NCBI GenBank assembly: GCA_051362555.1
Contig: CM120640.1
Coordinates: 46,726,788 to 46,790,787 of the forward strand
Origin: Lingula anatina
Taxonomy: Eukaryota; Animalia; Brachiopoda
DNA: 64,000 nucleotides
Direction: 5' to 3'
A program made the position numbers and the translations under genes. This document shows positions 39,401-51,400 of the stretch, piece by piece. The stretch's first letter is position 1. Each line of letters begins with the position of its first letter. The notes under the pieces are model-generated. The model was not told where the DNA came from, made no database searches, and worked only from the letters and a program-made list of their open reading frames with translations.

Positions 39401-42400
39401 TATTTTTTTTTTCAATAAGACAACACAGTGTTGCTGATCACGAATAACTTAATCCTTTCCCTTTCCCAATCTCTTGGGACTCAAAATTGTAATTTCTTCA
39501 TATACAGTGATCCAGATGTGTTTGACAGTGAAGGCAAGAACCCTCTGCACTATGCATCACTTTGTAAGACTCCACTGGCAGGCAGGCTGGTCTCCTGTAT
39601 GCTGGAGGAAGGGGTGGAATCAGGTAATTTGGATAATTTGAAGTGGATATCAGTGTTGTTTATACCTCTCCTTTACCAGTGTGTTATCATGTACTTTTTT
39701 GCCATGAATACCCTTTGTTTCCAGATGTTATTCTATATTTAAGAACATAAGAAATGGATCTCTTCAATTTTGGTCCTATTATATTAGCAAACTTGTGATA
39801 CATACATGTGCATTATTGAAGAGTTTTTGAAACAGTCTTTATGGTATGTCAGAGTAAATAGATTTAAAACAATTAGCAGAGGATCCATTATAAACCTTTA
39901 TTTTTCCTAGGTGCTAAGGACAGGCGCTGTAACACCCCCATCCACTGTGCCTCCAGGAGTGGCAATGTTGATGTGATGCTGGCTCTCATAGATGGAGGAA
40001 TGGATGTCAATGTCAGAGGATTTGCTGGGGCCACACCTTTACACGTTTCTGTGAGTAAATGTCAGCAAGCCCTTAAAAGACATATTTTCTGTTAATTAGT
40101 CTATTTGTTGTTGTTGTTGGTGGTGGTGTTGTTAAATACATGGATATAGGTACCAGTATGTTTGATTATAAGTAATTTGCATGAAAGTTATCATTTTAAA
40201 TTTGAGTAAGAAGCAAGTTTTTGAGTTGATGTATTGTTTCTTGATTTCTGCAAGTATACTGTATATATAACTGTCAGATATGAATAGTACAAGGAAAATA
40301 ATTTCTATTCATTGGTCTCAGATGATATATTGACAACTTTTGAATATGCTGTGTATAAATGGTATGTAATATATACTAGAGTTCTTATCGAGTAAATAAA
40401 TTGCAGGCCCAAACTGGAAACAATGACACTGCAACTACTCTGCTAGAATATGGTGCTGATGTGACATTAGTGGATGACAAAGGTCTCACTGCTGTTGATG
40501 TTGCCAAAAATAAACGTGTCAGGTCCACCCTGAAGGAAGCCTGGGCTGAGGCTACCCAGAAGAAACCAGAGCCCCAGTTAGGTCCTCTCCGTGCACCTAG
40601 CAGGGAATCTTCTCATTTTTCACAAGATGAGTTAAGGACATTTAAAGCTCAGAAGAGGAAAGGAGAGGTCATTTTTGATGTAAGTGTATATCTTACTATT
40701 TTGCTGTCATAGAAATAATCATTATGATTAAAAGTAGACAAGTTCTGTGTTATCATTATATTTTTCATAATTTTATAATCAAGTGTTATTGATTATTATT
40801 TCTTGTAATAAGACAGAAGAAGCATCTTGTGATTGCCTCTGGTCTGATTCTTACAGTGTGACAAAATATCATATCAGTTGCTTTATCATCAATGACATTA
40901 AGTACATATGTTCAATTAAAAACAATTTAAACAATATTCACTGTTTACATATTTCAGGGTTTACCTATAACTTCATCATTTCAATGCAAGAAGTCGTTTT
41001 CACCACCTAGTAAGTATGACTGCATTTTGTACTGTTTGCACCAGTATACTATATAGACCATGTAATTTGAAAAAGATTTTACAATGAAGTACATGGGCAT
41101 TATATTTGAAAGTTTCCATTGGGCTACCAGTACAGATACCCTGATACATGCAGGTAACAGTAAATCATATTTTATACTTTGGATACAGAATTGTAGAATG
41201 GAGGTTATTTCAAATTCGTATTTTAGAAAATGACACAATCAAAGTACTTATGTTGCTCTTATGATAATTCTGTTTTGGCTGGCACATTTGATTCATGACA
41301 ATTATTCCTTTGAATGTTTTCATGTGGTTTAAAATTTTTATCTTAAAATCACCACATATTGTTTTATTTTCTGATTTTGTAGAGAAGTTAACACTTCAAC
41401 AGCTGTCAGAAGCCCACAGTGCTATGAAGCATGAGGAACAGGTGCTCAAGGAACTGGAAACTGGAACTTTTTCATATTCTCCAACAAGGTGAGAGGATGG
41501 ACTCTTGCTTTCAACATTCTGTGATGTTTGAACCAATGTTAGAATTGTTTACCGAATGTTGTTTCCTTATGTCTGTATATTCAATAATGGTATATCAAAA
41601 CTGTAAGTTGAGATTTTGTTTAATAATTAAAAAAAATACAATGATCTTGATTTTCAAGTTACTGAACCACCCCCCTAAAAATGCAGCATTGCTGAACATT
41701 AAGACCCCATTTCCATAGATTTTAGATCTATCTATCCCTGTGGGGAGTCTCACTAGATTACTGTCAGCTTAGCCGTCTTAAGTGTCTGTCTCGCCTACTA
41801 AAAGCTGTAAGGGGGTAATTAACTATGGTGCGCGCTCGGCTGACTGCAATTTAGCGTGAACCCCCAGGGAGTTAGGTCGATCTAAATCTTAATCTCTGGA
41901 TCTATCTAAATCTCTGGGAATGCACCCTAAGTTTACAGTTTTTGAGAACAGATGACATTTTTATCAAAGATTTGGAATCCAATATTTCAGAGATGGCCCA
42001 AGAATCTTAGGAACACCAAGGGGAGTACCTAAACCCTCCACCCTGCCCAGAATGCCTCACAGCCCAGAAAAGACGCCCTTGCACAAGAGCCCTGAGAGGC
42101 ATTTGGCACCATTGAGAGAAGCCCAGAGTCAGGCCAGGAAACTGAGCAGAGAGTTTTCTGCTGATGATTTTGAAAGTGGGCATCCTATACTAGGGAAAAG
42201 AAATTGTAAGAGACAGCTTTTTTTTTTCTTAGATTCTTATTCTGTTTATTTCATAGATAAGTTATGAGATTAAATGATATGATCATCTTAAAAATTAGTA
42301 CAGTACCACTCTTTAATGGTATTGCATATGTTCTTTTGAGCGTATCCATAGAGTGAGGGGAAATATAGGGTTGCATCTGTTGTATAAATAATATTATAAA

Positions 42401-45400
42401 ATGGCATGTATATTGAATATTTTATATTCAATATACATGCCATTTTATATTGAATATTTTATATTGACTTTGTAATATTTGCTTTTCAGCTGATCCGGGA
42501 AGAAAGCTCTCTCCATTGAATCCCACAGATAGTGCTGTATCTATCAAAGGAAGGGCTACTGACCTGTCAGAGACACTTCATGATTTAAGGTAACTTGTCA
42601 AAGTTTAAGAGTCAAATACTTATTACTTATAGTATGTTCTTTTTTTATCAGAAAGTTCATTAGTCTCATTCTTTATTTTTTGATGTGTTCCATTTATCTG
42701 TATCGGTACATTATTTCAGAAGTAACCCATGAGAATATCTGATACCGTAGCAGTATTTGAATATACTTTAATATATACTTTTCTTGTATGTAAGATAAGA
42801 TAATTTCATATAAGAGAATTATAATAACTTCTTATTTGTTTAAAAAATGAAGCTTCGTATGATAAAATGATAATGATTTAGATCAAAGAAGATAGTCCAA
42901 GGGACCAACCTTGCAAGACAGCGTCGCCTGTCAGACGGCAGTAACCACTCTCCTTCTCCTAACATTGCTGAACTGACTGGTATCTGCGATGACTTGCTCT
43001 CCAAGGGTAAATATGATGTATCAATTGTAAAGCATGCAGCCTAGCAATGCACTGAAAGCATATATCACGCACTTTTACCTCCAAGCATCTTTTCCAGAGT
43101 GGTAGTAAATGGTGTGCAAAATACAATGGTATAAGTTCCATACATAACTCCCTTTGTGTAATACATGTTATTCCCATACATAAAGCTTACATAATTAATC
43201 AGTATTTGTTGTGAGTATAAAGAAAAAATGCTGATGTTATATAAATATACCGTAACTGGTATTTTTGTGAAGAAAAAGGCCAGTTGTTAAACTGGCTTTG
43301 TTCTGTGTATTTACATTTTGCTTTCATTGTAGCCTTATAGACTCCTAAACTGTCCAATATTCTTCCTGTTCAGGTCGATCCCCATCTGTTGTGTCTGTAG
43401 GTGACCTTGACATTGAAACCATCACTCCCCCTCCCAGACTGACCCCAATTCGCACTCCCTCTGGTTCTGATCGTAACAGACTGAAGATTCCAAACACTAT
43501 ACAAGAAGACAAGGAAACTAGGGCTATGATTCTTGATCTAGGTATGCATGTCTGAAACTACTGCATGCATGATGAATGATTATTGAAGATTGTTATAAAA
43601 TTCTTATCCTGTTTTTGTTGTGTTTTCACTTCATGTTTACTTCTGTTATATTTGAAACACCTGTGAAGAGATTTAAAGATTAAGTAAAAAGCAATTTATA
43701 ATTGATATTGAGCAAAAAATGAAGAAACTTAAGTAAGTAGTTTGCACATGTGGACATGTGTGTATGTGAATTTTTGCATATAAACATGTTGTATTGTTTA
43801 TTTAGTAAAAAAATTATATTTCTATTGATTTAATCTATCATCTTTATTTAAGATCAAATGGGCATTAAGACATCATCAGATTCACCAGTATTCCAGGATC
43901 TTTACCCACTTTCAAGGAAAATATTACCACCATCACCATTGCAACAGAAACAGTACAGTTTTGAAGAGGGGAGGCTGACTTCACAGGATTTTGCATCTTC
44001 AAAGGTATGGATTTTTAGATCTAAACCTGTATGTTAGAAAAACAGTTAAGTTGTTCTTTGTACAGACATTAGTTTTGTCAGGGTAATTTTTAAAAAAGAA
44101 GTGTTTGTAAATTATTAAAATTCAGTTTATTTTGGAAAATACTTACACTTGATACACATTTCAAGTTATCTTGTATTTATTGTATTTTAAAAGTTAAGGA
44201 GCTTTAAGTATGTAGGTCATGTTTGATTCCTGTAATGACCTTTTGATGTTTGGGTTTTTTAAGGAGTCCTCACCGAGATCAACAGAGAGCTCACCGCGGT
44301 CAGATTGCAGTAGCAGTCATGACATTAAGTACCCTGTGCGCAGCAAGTCAATCCTGAGGAATGTCTTCAATATTGAGGAGAGCAGAACTGTAGAGCATAG
44401 ATCTTCCCCAGAGAGTGAGTCCAAGTCGAGTATGGCTTCCAGCAGTTTTAGCAGTATGACCACACCCTCACCAGAGACATCTCAAGAGTTTGGAACTGTC
44501 AATACTTATGATACAAACAGTTCTAGTTCTACATTGACTAATGTGACAGTTAATGCCAATGTAAATGCCAGGGCTTCTTCCACTGTAACAGATAAGGGTA
44601 ACAAGAAGCCCTTACATGTGCCTAGACCTCCTCAAGATAAAGAAAGGGGAGAAGGGGACAGTGCTCACAAATCTATGCCTGCCAGTAAGAATCAAGAAAC
44701 TAAAACATATAAAGTTGCTCAAAACACAGCTGCAAATAAAACAAGTATTTCTATGACTGAGAGTTCTAAAAAGACCAGTAAGACAGCAGTGACTTCTGGA
44801 GACAATAAAGCTGGCTCAAAGGCAGCAGCAGCAGTAGTAGGTAGAGCAAGGCTTCGAGAAGTGGCGAGACAAAATGCCCAGAATCCTGCTGTCAAAAATG
44901 TTCAAAAGGGTGTTGCTGTTCAAAGCAGTAATAGCCAACAAGCTTCAGCTGTTAAAGTCCCAGTCAGTTCTGCAATGGGAGCAAATAAGAAGAGCAGCCC
45001 ACTTAGAGACAAAATAATAGTGCACTCAAACATCTTGGAGGAAACTGCTGATCTTCCTGAAGTGCCTGTGACTGAAAAGCACAAAGAGGAAAAAATTGAC
45101 CAAGAAAAAGATGCAACTTTAATTGAGGGCAAAGCAGAGGAACATTTCTTTATTACTGAGACCTCATTAAAAAATGAGTCGACTTCAATGATGGCCACTG
45201 GGCAGGAAAAAAAGGAGTGCGCAAAAGGCAATAGCGAATCACCCTTAAAGGTTGTGCCTCTTTCCTCAAAATCTGAAACTGATATCAAAGTAACTGAAGT
45301 TAAAATGGAAAACACATCAGTCCAAGACTCTCAACCTGTGCAGAAAATGTTAAAAAGAAGTGAATCAGATCCAAAGTTAAAAGGTATGACAAGGCAAACC

Positions 45401-48400
45401 TCAACTGGTAGTTTAAGCAGTAATATCCCTGCTACTTCACCAAGGTCAAAAGTATTAAACAGGACACCTAGTCAGATTTCTGTTGTAAACTCAGTTATCA
45501 TTTCTGATCATGCTGTGCAGAGTCAAAAGAAGATGGATACTAAACCCAATAACTCTCCTAGAAATAACACACAGAATGGAAAATCTGTTGTTGCCTGGTC
45601 TGACAGTAAAAGTGATAAAAGTCCAAGAAAAACAGATTCTAAAGCCAGCACAGCTCTACAAGGCAACCAAAAGAATCCTAATCCAGCTGTGGTCCAGGCT
45701 GTAAACAGAAATGACTTGACTGTATCATCTACAAAACAGAGTAAAACAAGTTCACCCAAAAATCCAAACAACCCTGCAACTGAGAAAATACAAGAAAAGA
45801 AGGGACCAAAGACTTTGCAAGGTAATTCAGGAAATAGTAAACAAATTAATGTTGAAACAAATCAACCTCATTCATCAAGTCAGCAAGTCCCTCAGGTTCC
45901 AGGGGCACCTAGTAGCAATAAAGAGGGTGCCAGTGCCAAAGTTGAAGAAAATGCTTCCTCTAACTCTGACAAAGTCCCAGTTGAAAGAGCTTCCAGCAGG
46001 AATAAATCTACAAATGTCACTGCTGCTCCTTTAAGCAAGAATGTTTCTTCCATTGAAAGATCTCAGTCTGTAAGCAATGCAAAAGCTATTGAAAAAGCTG
46101 TTAAATCTGTTGATGCTTCACAAACAGCTGGAGTTGTATCCAAGCCAAAAGTAAAAAACACTAATGAGACTGTGTATGTCACAAATGCAAAGAGGCCCTC
46201 AGATGGTGAAAATATACAGACAACTAAAACAAATCCACAAGTGAAAGTCATTAATACAGTTATAAATAATAGTCCAAAAACAACTCCAACAAACGAGAGC
46301 ACAAAAGAAGATAATGTAGCGGATATGAAAAATGAGAACAAAGTTGAATCAAAAGTTCAGAATAGTTTGGAGTCTAAAGCAACAACTTCTGGAAAAGATA
46401 TATCCCCAAGAACACAGAACACTATCAATGATTCTATACAGAATAATGTTGATGGAATGTCACCTAGGACACAAAATCAAATAAATGACAAAATTGAGGA
46501 AATAAATGAAAGAAAACCAGTAACACCTGCAAAAGCAAAAACAGAAAATCAGAATCAGACAAGAGAAACTCTTGCTTCAGATATGCAAAGAAAATTAGTG
46601 CTAGTTTCCTCTGCAAAGTATCCGGAAGGTGGCGTATCCAAGAAACCCATGTCTGCTAGGCCAACTAAAGCCAATAACACTGTGAATAAGCCACCTATGA
46701 AGACTGTAAAACCTACAAAACCTTCCACTGTGGTGCCTAAAGGCGGGATTACAAAAGCAAATACTGTAACAGTGCATCAAAAGCATTTCAGTGTTTCTAC
46801 AAAGGAACCAAGCAAACAGTCCAATATGGATAAAACTGCTATCAATAATGCAAAAGTTCCTGCTTCTAATAAACAGCCATCTGAGACAAAGGCACCTCCA
46901 CAAACAGATAACAAAGCTAAGATGGGACAAGATATTCTGCAGATGGAAGATGACCAGAAAAAGACAACAGAAACAGAGGAAGAAAAATCCATCCCAGCCC
47001 CAGGTTTAGAGGTGTTTGTAGGCAAAGATCAGTCTCCAGATCTTCCAAAAGCAGTCAGAGTGAATTTTGTTGAACACACCGGGCCAGTCATAGAAGATGC
47101 CTTTGAAAACTTCCCCAAACCATATGAAACCCATTCAGTGACCTCTGCTGCAGTTAACAATGCCTTGGATACAAAGAGTAGCACCCTAAAACCTCCTGGT
47201 AGAACAAGGGATACCTCACTTAGTGCACAAAACAGATCCCCTTCCAAGACTAGGCCCAAAAAGTCAGTAGTTGTAAAATCTCAAAATCAAACCAGTAAAA
47301 CCACTGGGCAGCAGGGTACAAAGAAAGTGGGTAATAAGAACAACACAGAATGCAAGAAAGATGGTACTGATGGACAAAAAGTTAAAAAGAGGTTGAAAAG
47401 TGGGAAGAAAAAGAAGAAGAAACAAGCTGGGAAAACAGAGCTAGATAATATTGATCCTTCCAAAACTGCTCTCATTTCTGGTATTGGTTGGCATATAGCT
47501 ACAGATAAAATAGAGCATGCAGAAGTGTCTGAAAAGACAGACTCTTCAGATGAAGAAAGTGAGACACCAAGACCAAGCACCTTAAATCCTGGAATAGCCA
47601 AGACAGAAGGTGCAGAACATGTTGAGCCTCAAGCAAATGAAACAACAGAGGGCAAGGTGCCACCTATTGATTTGGGTAGCGTTGCAAATGTGTGTTCTAC
47701 AGAAAAAACAGAAGCAGCTCCTCAAAAAACCATGAGGCCATTGGAAGTTCCAATCACCTTAGATTCAATGGCAATGCAGGTTTTGATAAACATTGCAGAA
47801 TTCCAATCACCAAGGACTGCTAGATCCTCAAGATCCAAGACCTCAGTGAGGTCACCAAGGAGAAAATCACCAAGAAGGTCCCCTCGGCCAGATGAAATCA
47901 GGAAGGTTTTGGAGAGAGAAATAAGGGAAAGGTCCATCCCTCTCAGTTCCAGTGATCAAGAATCTCCTGTGAATTCTTTGATTCCCAATACCATCAATGC
48001 AATCAGACAGTTTGCTAAGTCAGTAAGGGACGATTCTTCAGATGATCATCAAAGGTCTGAGTCTGGCTCAGGTCAATCTTCTGGGCAGAACACGTGGTCA
48101 AGCTCTTGGGAGAAAAAAAGAGAAAACTTTTCATCTAAATTCCAACCAGAAGCAGATGCTGCTTTAGAAAATATGAACAGTTCTCTTAAGCAGTCATCGA
48201 AAGTTGTTCAAAGTATACTGGACGAGGCTCCAGGCAGCAATTCAGATACTGATGGATCATTCCCTGATTCAAGACATGAGGGAAGTATGTTTAGTGCTGG
48301 CATTGAAAGCAACTTTTCTTCACGGCAATCCAGTGGGTCAAAGGTCATAAGTTCAGGGTCCTCAAGACAATCCAGCAACAGTGGGTCCCATGACTCTGCA

Positions 48401-51400
48401 AATTCACGCTTCTTGAAACAGATGGAGGAGCTGAGGCAAAGTTCTGGGAGAGTCAGCGAAGCTGGTGATGAAAGTCAGGGTCTAAGTCGGGCTTGTGGTC
48501 AAACCAGTGACAATAATGTTGGGTCAGATCAATTAAACAAGCCTATAGCAAACGCAGAAAAGGATGAAAACATTGAAGATCTCATTGAAGAAATCCTGAG
48601 TGCTACACCTGTACCAAGGGAAAAGAAACCAAAGTCAAACACATCCTCTCCAGGATATAACAGTAATATTGATTGTCAGAACACTAGTGTAGAGGACCAC
48701 GGTGATGAGGTCAGACACCACCACCCTCATAGGAGAGACTCTAAGGAGGTTATGAGAGAGGAAGGCTTGGAGAAACTGGTGGATAACTTTAAGAAAATGG
48801 AATTGCAAGTGTGTGATGATGGTACCACTCCAACTCCTAGAAGATCAAATTCTCCAGCCATGCCAATAGCCAACTCTTCTCACAGTGTGACTAAAAGGCC
48901 ACCATCTGGTAGATCAAAGGAGGTTCAGAAGACATCTTCACATGTGTCCTCATCAAGCCCCATCTCAGGGAGGAGAAAGAAAATGACAGAGCTTAAGCAG
49001 AGGGCAAGTAAAGACAAACCTGAGTTTGCCAGTCACAGAAGTGATCTGAGTGAAGTGCTGGGGGAGGTTCCTACACTTACTCAAAAGGTTAGCAAAGCAT
49101 ACTTTTTACATAATATCAGTCAGACATTTTACTGTATGCACTTGCACATTTGAGCAAGAATATGTAAGTGGAGAGAAAAATAAATTCGGTAAAAATACTA
49201 AAGTAATCTGTTTAATGAATTTGTACATTATTTTTTGTTAAAATGACAAGCTGCCAAAGATGCTTTCGTTTGACCAAATTTTTAGTTTTGAGACAGTAGT
49301 ATTAAGAAAGCCAGTTGTGGATGAAATTGTTTTAATATTTTTCTACTGATTTTCAGGATATTGATGCCATGTCAGAATGTTCTGGTGTAAACTCTGACCT
49401 TGGTTCAGAATGGCTGAGTGTGACAGGAAGTGATGCAGACGATGAAGCAGTCAACCAATCACTGGTACAGGTTATGAAGGAGGTGGAACAAGTCACATGC
49501 AATTCTCCTGAAAGCAGAGTATGTTCATCTGTTGAATTTTACACATATTTCAAATCTTAACTGTTATGTCTATGCATTCTTAAATTGTTTAAGTACTAAG
49601 ATAACTAATAATCAGATTTGGTATTAAATGGGCATTAAAGCAAGGACAACTGTGGTAATTACATAATAATTATGTATACAATTCCAATTTTTAAGAATTA
49701 TTATTTCTTTTTTTTTTTTCTCATGTGTCATCCCTTGTCATGTATACTTTGTCATTTCTTATTTCAGACGTACACAAGTAGGTTGGGTCGCAGGAGTAAC
49801 ACCAGGGCAGAGAGTGTTTGTAGTACCAGGTCTGAGGGAGAGACTTTGCAATGGAAAAAGGGAAATGTCCTTGGGAAAGGAGCATTTGGAACTGTGAGTC
49901 TGACGAGTATTTATACAAGTTGATATTGCAACTTTTCATGATCATAATAAAGAAGTAATCTGAGCTAGCTGTGATGTCTGTTTTATAAGTGGCTATTCAT
50001 ATTCTATGTATTTTTTAATGGGGGAAGTGTTAAATATCTGGCAAAAGAACTTATAAAAATTAAATATTGTAATCATATTTAGTTGAACCTGTAGCTCTAG
50101 CTCTTTGTATGGTAGCCAGTGCATATTATTTCATACACTTAATCCTGTCTACACATTTTGGATAACAAGTACCAACATTTTATCTTGGTAGGAAGGTGGT
50201 ATATGGATGTCTTTGTTTCAGTATGAATGAAATACATAAAGGACATAAATTCCTTTTATTATTATCATCTTACTTATGAAATGTTTTACCAGGTTTGGTG
50301 TGGGCTGACAGATGTTGGAGAACTGATTGCCGTCAAACAGATAAACCTGAATGTTCATGACATGGATAAAGCTGAAAAAGAGTATGAGAAAATACAGGAA
50401 GAAGTGGACTTGCTCAAGACTTTAAAACATAAAAACATAGTTGGGTTAGTGAAAAAATTAAGATGCCTTTAAATGCTCTGTACAAAATATCAGATGTTTT
50501 TTTTCCTTATAAGTTTGATTTTCATTTACTATAATTCCTTAGTGGTTGTTTGCATTTTATCATATATATAGTCAATCAAACATACCCTGGATGTATGATT
50601 TTATAAGACAAGACATGTATATACCACTAAGATATATTTATCGTAAAGCAAGAAGGATGTTGCAATAGTAGTAGCTACTGTACAGAAGTGACCTAGCTGA
50701 CATGGTAAACAGAACAAGTGGTTAACATTACATGTATAATTAAGTAAGAGCGCATTCTCAACGAATTAAGCCAGGCTTTACAAAGCCGGTGACCTAAAAA
50801 TGGCGGACGTACATGAAAGAAAAACCGCCTAATCTTTTAATAGTCTCTCCGCCTCCCCACACGTCGTCCCTGCGGGGTACAGTAATTAAATCTCGGCTCC
50901 GTTCGCCATGCGGAAGCTACCTGAGAAATATTAAGTGCGCATGCTCATCAGTTAAACTCGTGGTGAAGAAGGCATGGCGGCTAAAGGCGATCGAAGGAAA
51001 AAAGCTCTTCTGTTCTATTATCTTTGAAAACAGAGACGAAAAAGGAATAATTTGGCCCGTAGAGCAGCAATGAATCGACTATCTAAGGAGATAATATCAC
51101 CAGAGATATTCACGGAAATATTAATGTTCGGAGCCGAGATTTAATTACTGTACCGCAGGGACGACGTGTGGGGAGGCGTGTGAGAGGCGGAGAGACTATT
51201 AAAAGATTAGGCGGTTTTTCTTTCATGTACGTCCGCCATTTTTAGGTCACCGGCTTTGTAAAGCCTGGCTTAATTCGCTGAGAATGCGCTCTAAGTCATT
51301 ACACATGCATTCCTTCCCTCTCCAGTTACCTAGGCACCAGTCTGGAGGATGACACAGTGAACATCTTCATGCAGTTTGTTCCTGGCGGTTCCGTGGCCAA

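Noticed and set aside
44920-47937. Multiple antisense and alternate-frame ORFs inside the giant exon
   Set aside because: Shadows of the 1608-codon exon with no independent coding signal.
50813-51073. ORF within the MITE (also ORFs 21328-22338 within the long-TIR element)
   Set aside because: No transposase or DDE motifs. The ORFs are short and lie within or between TIRs.
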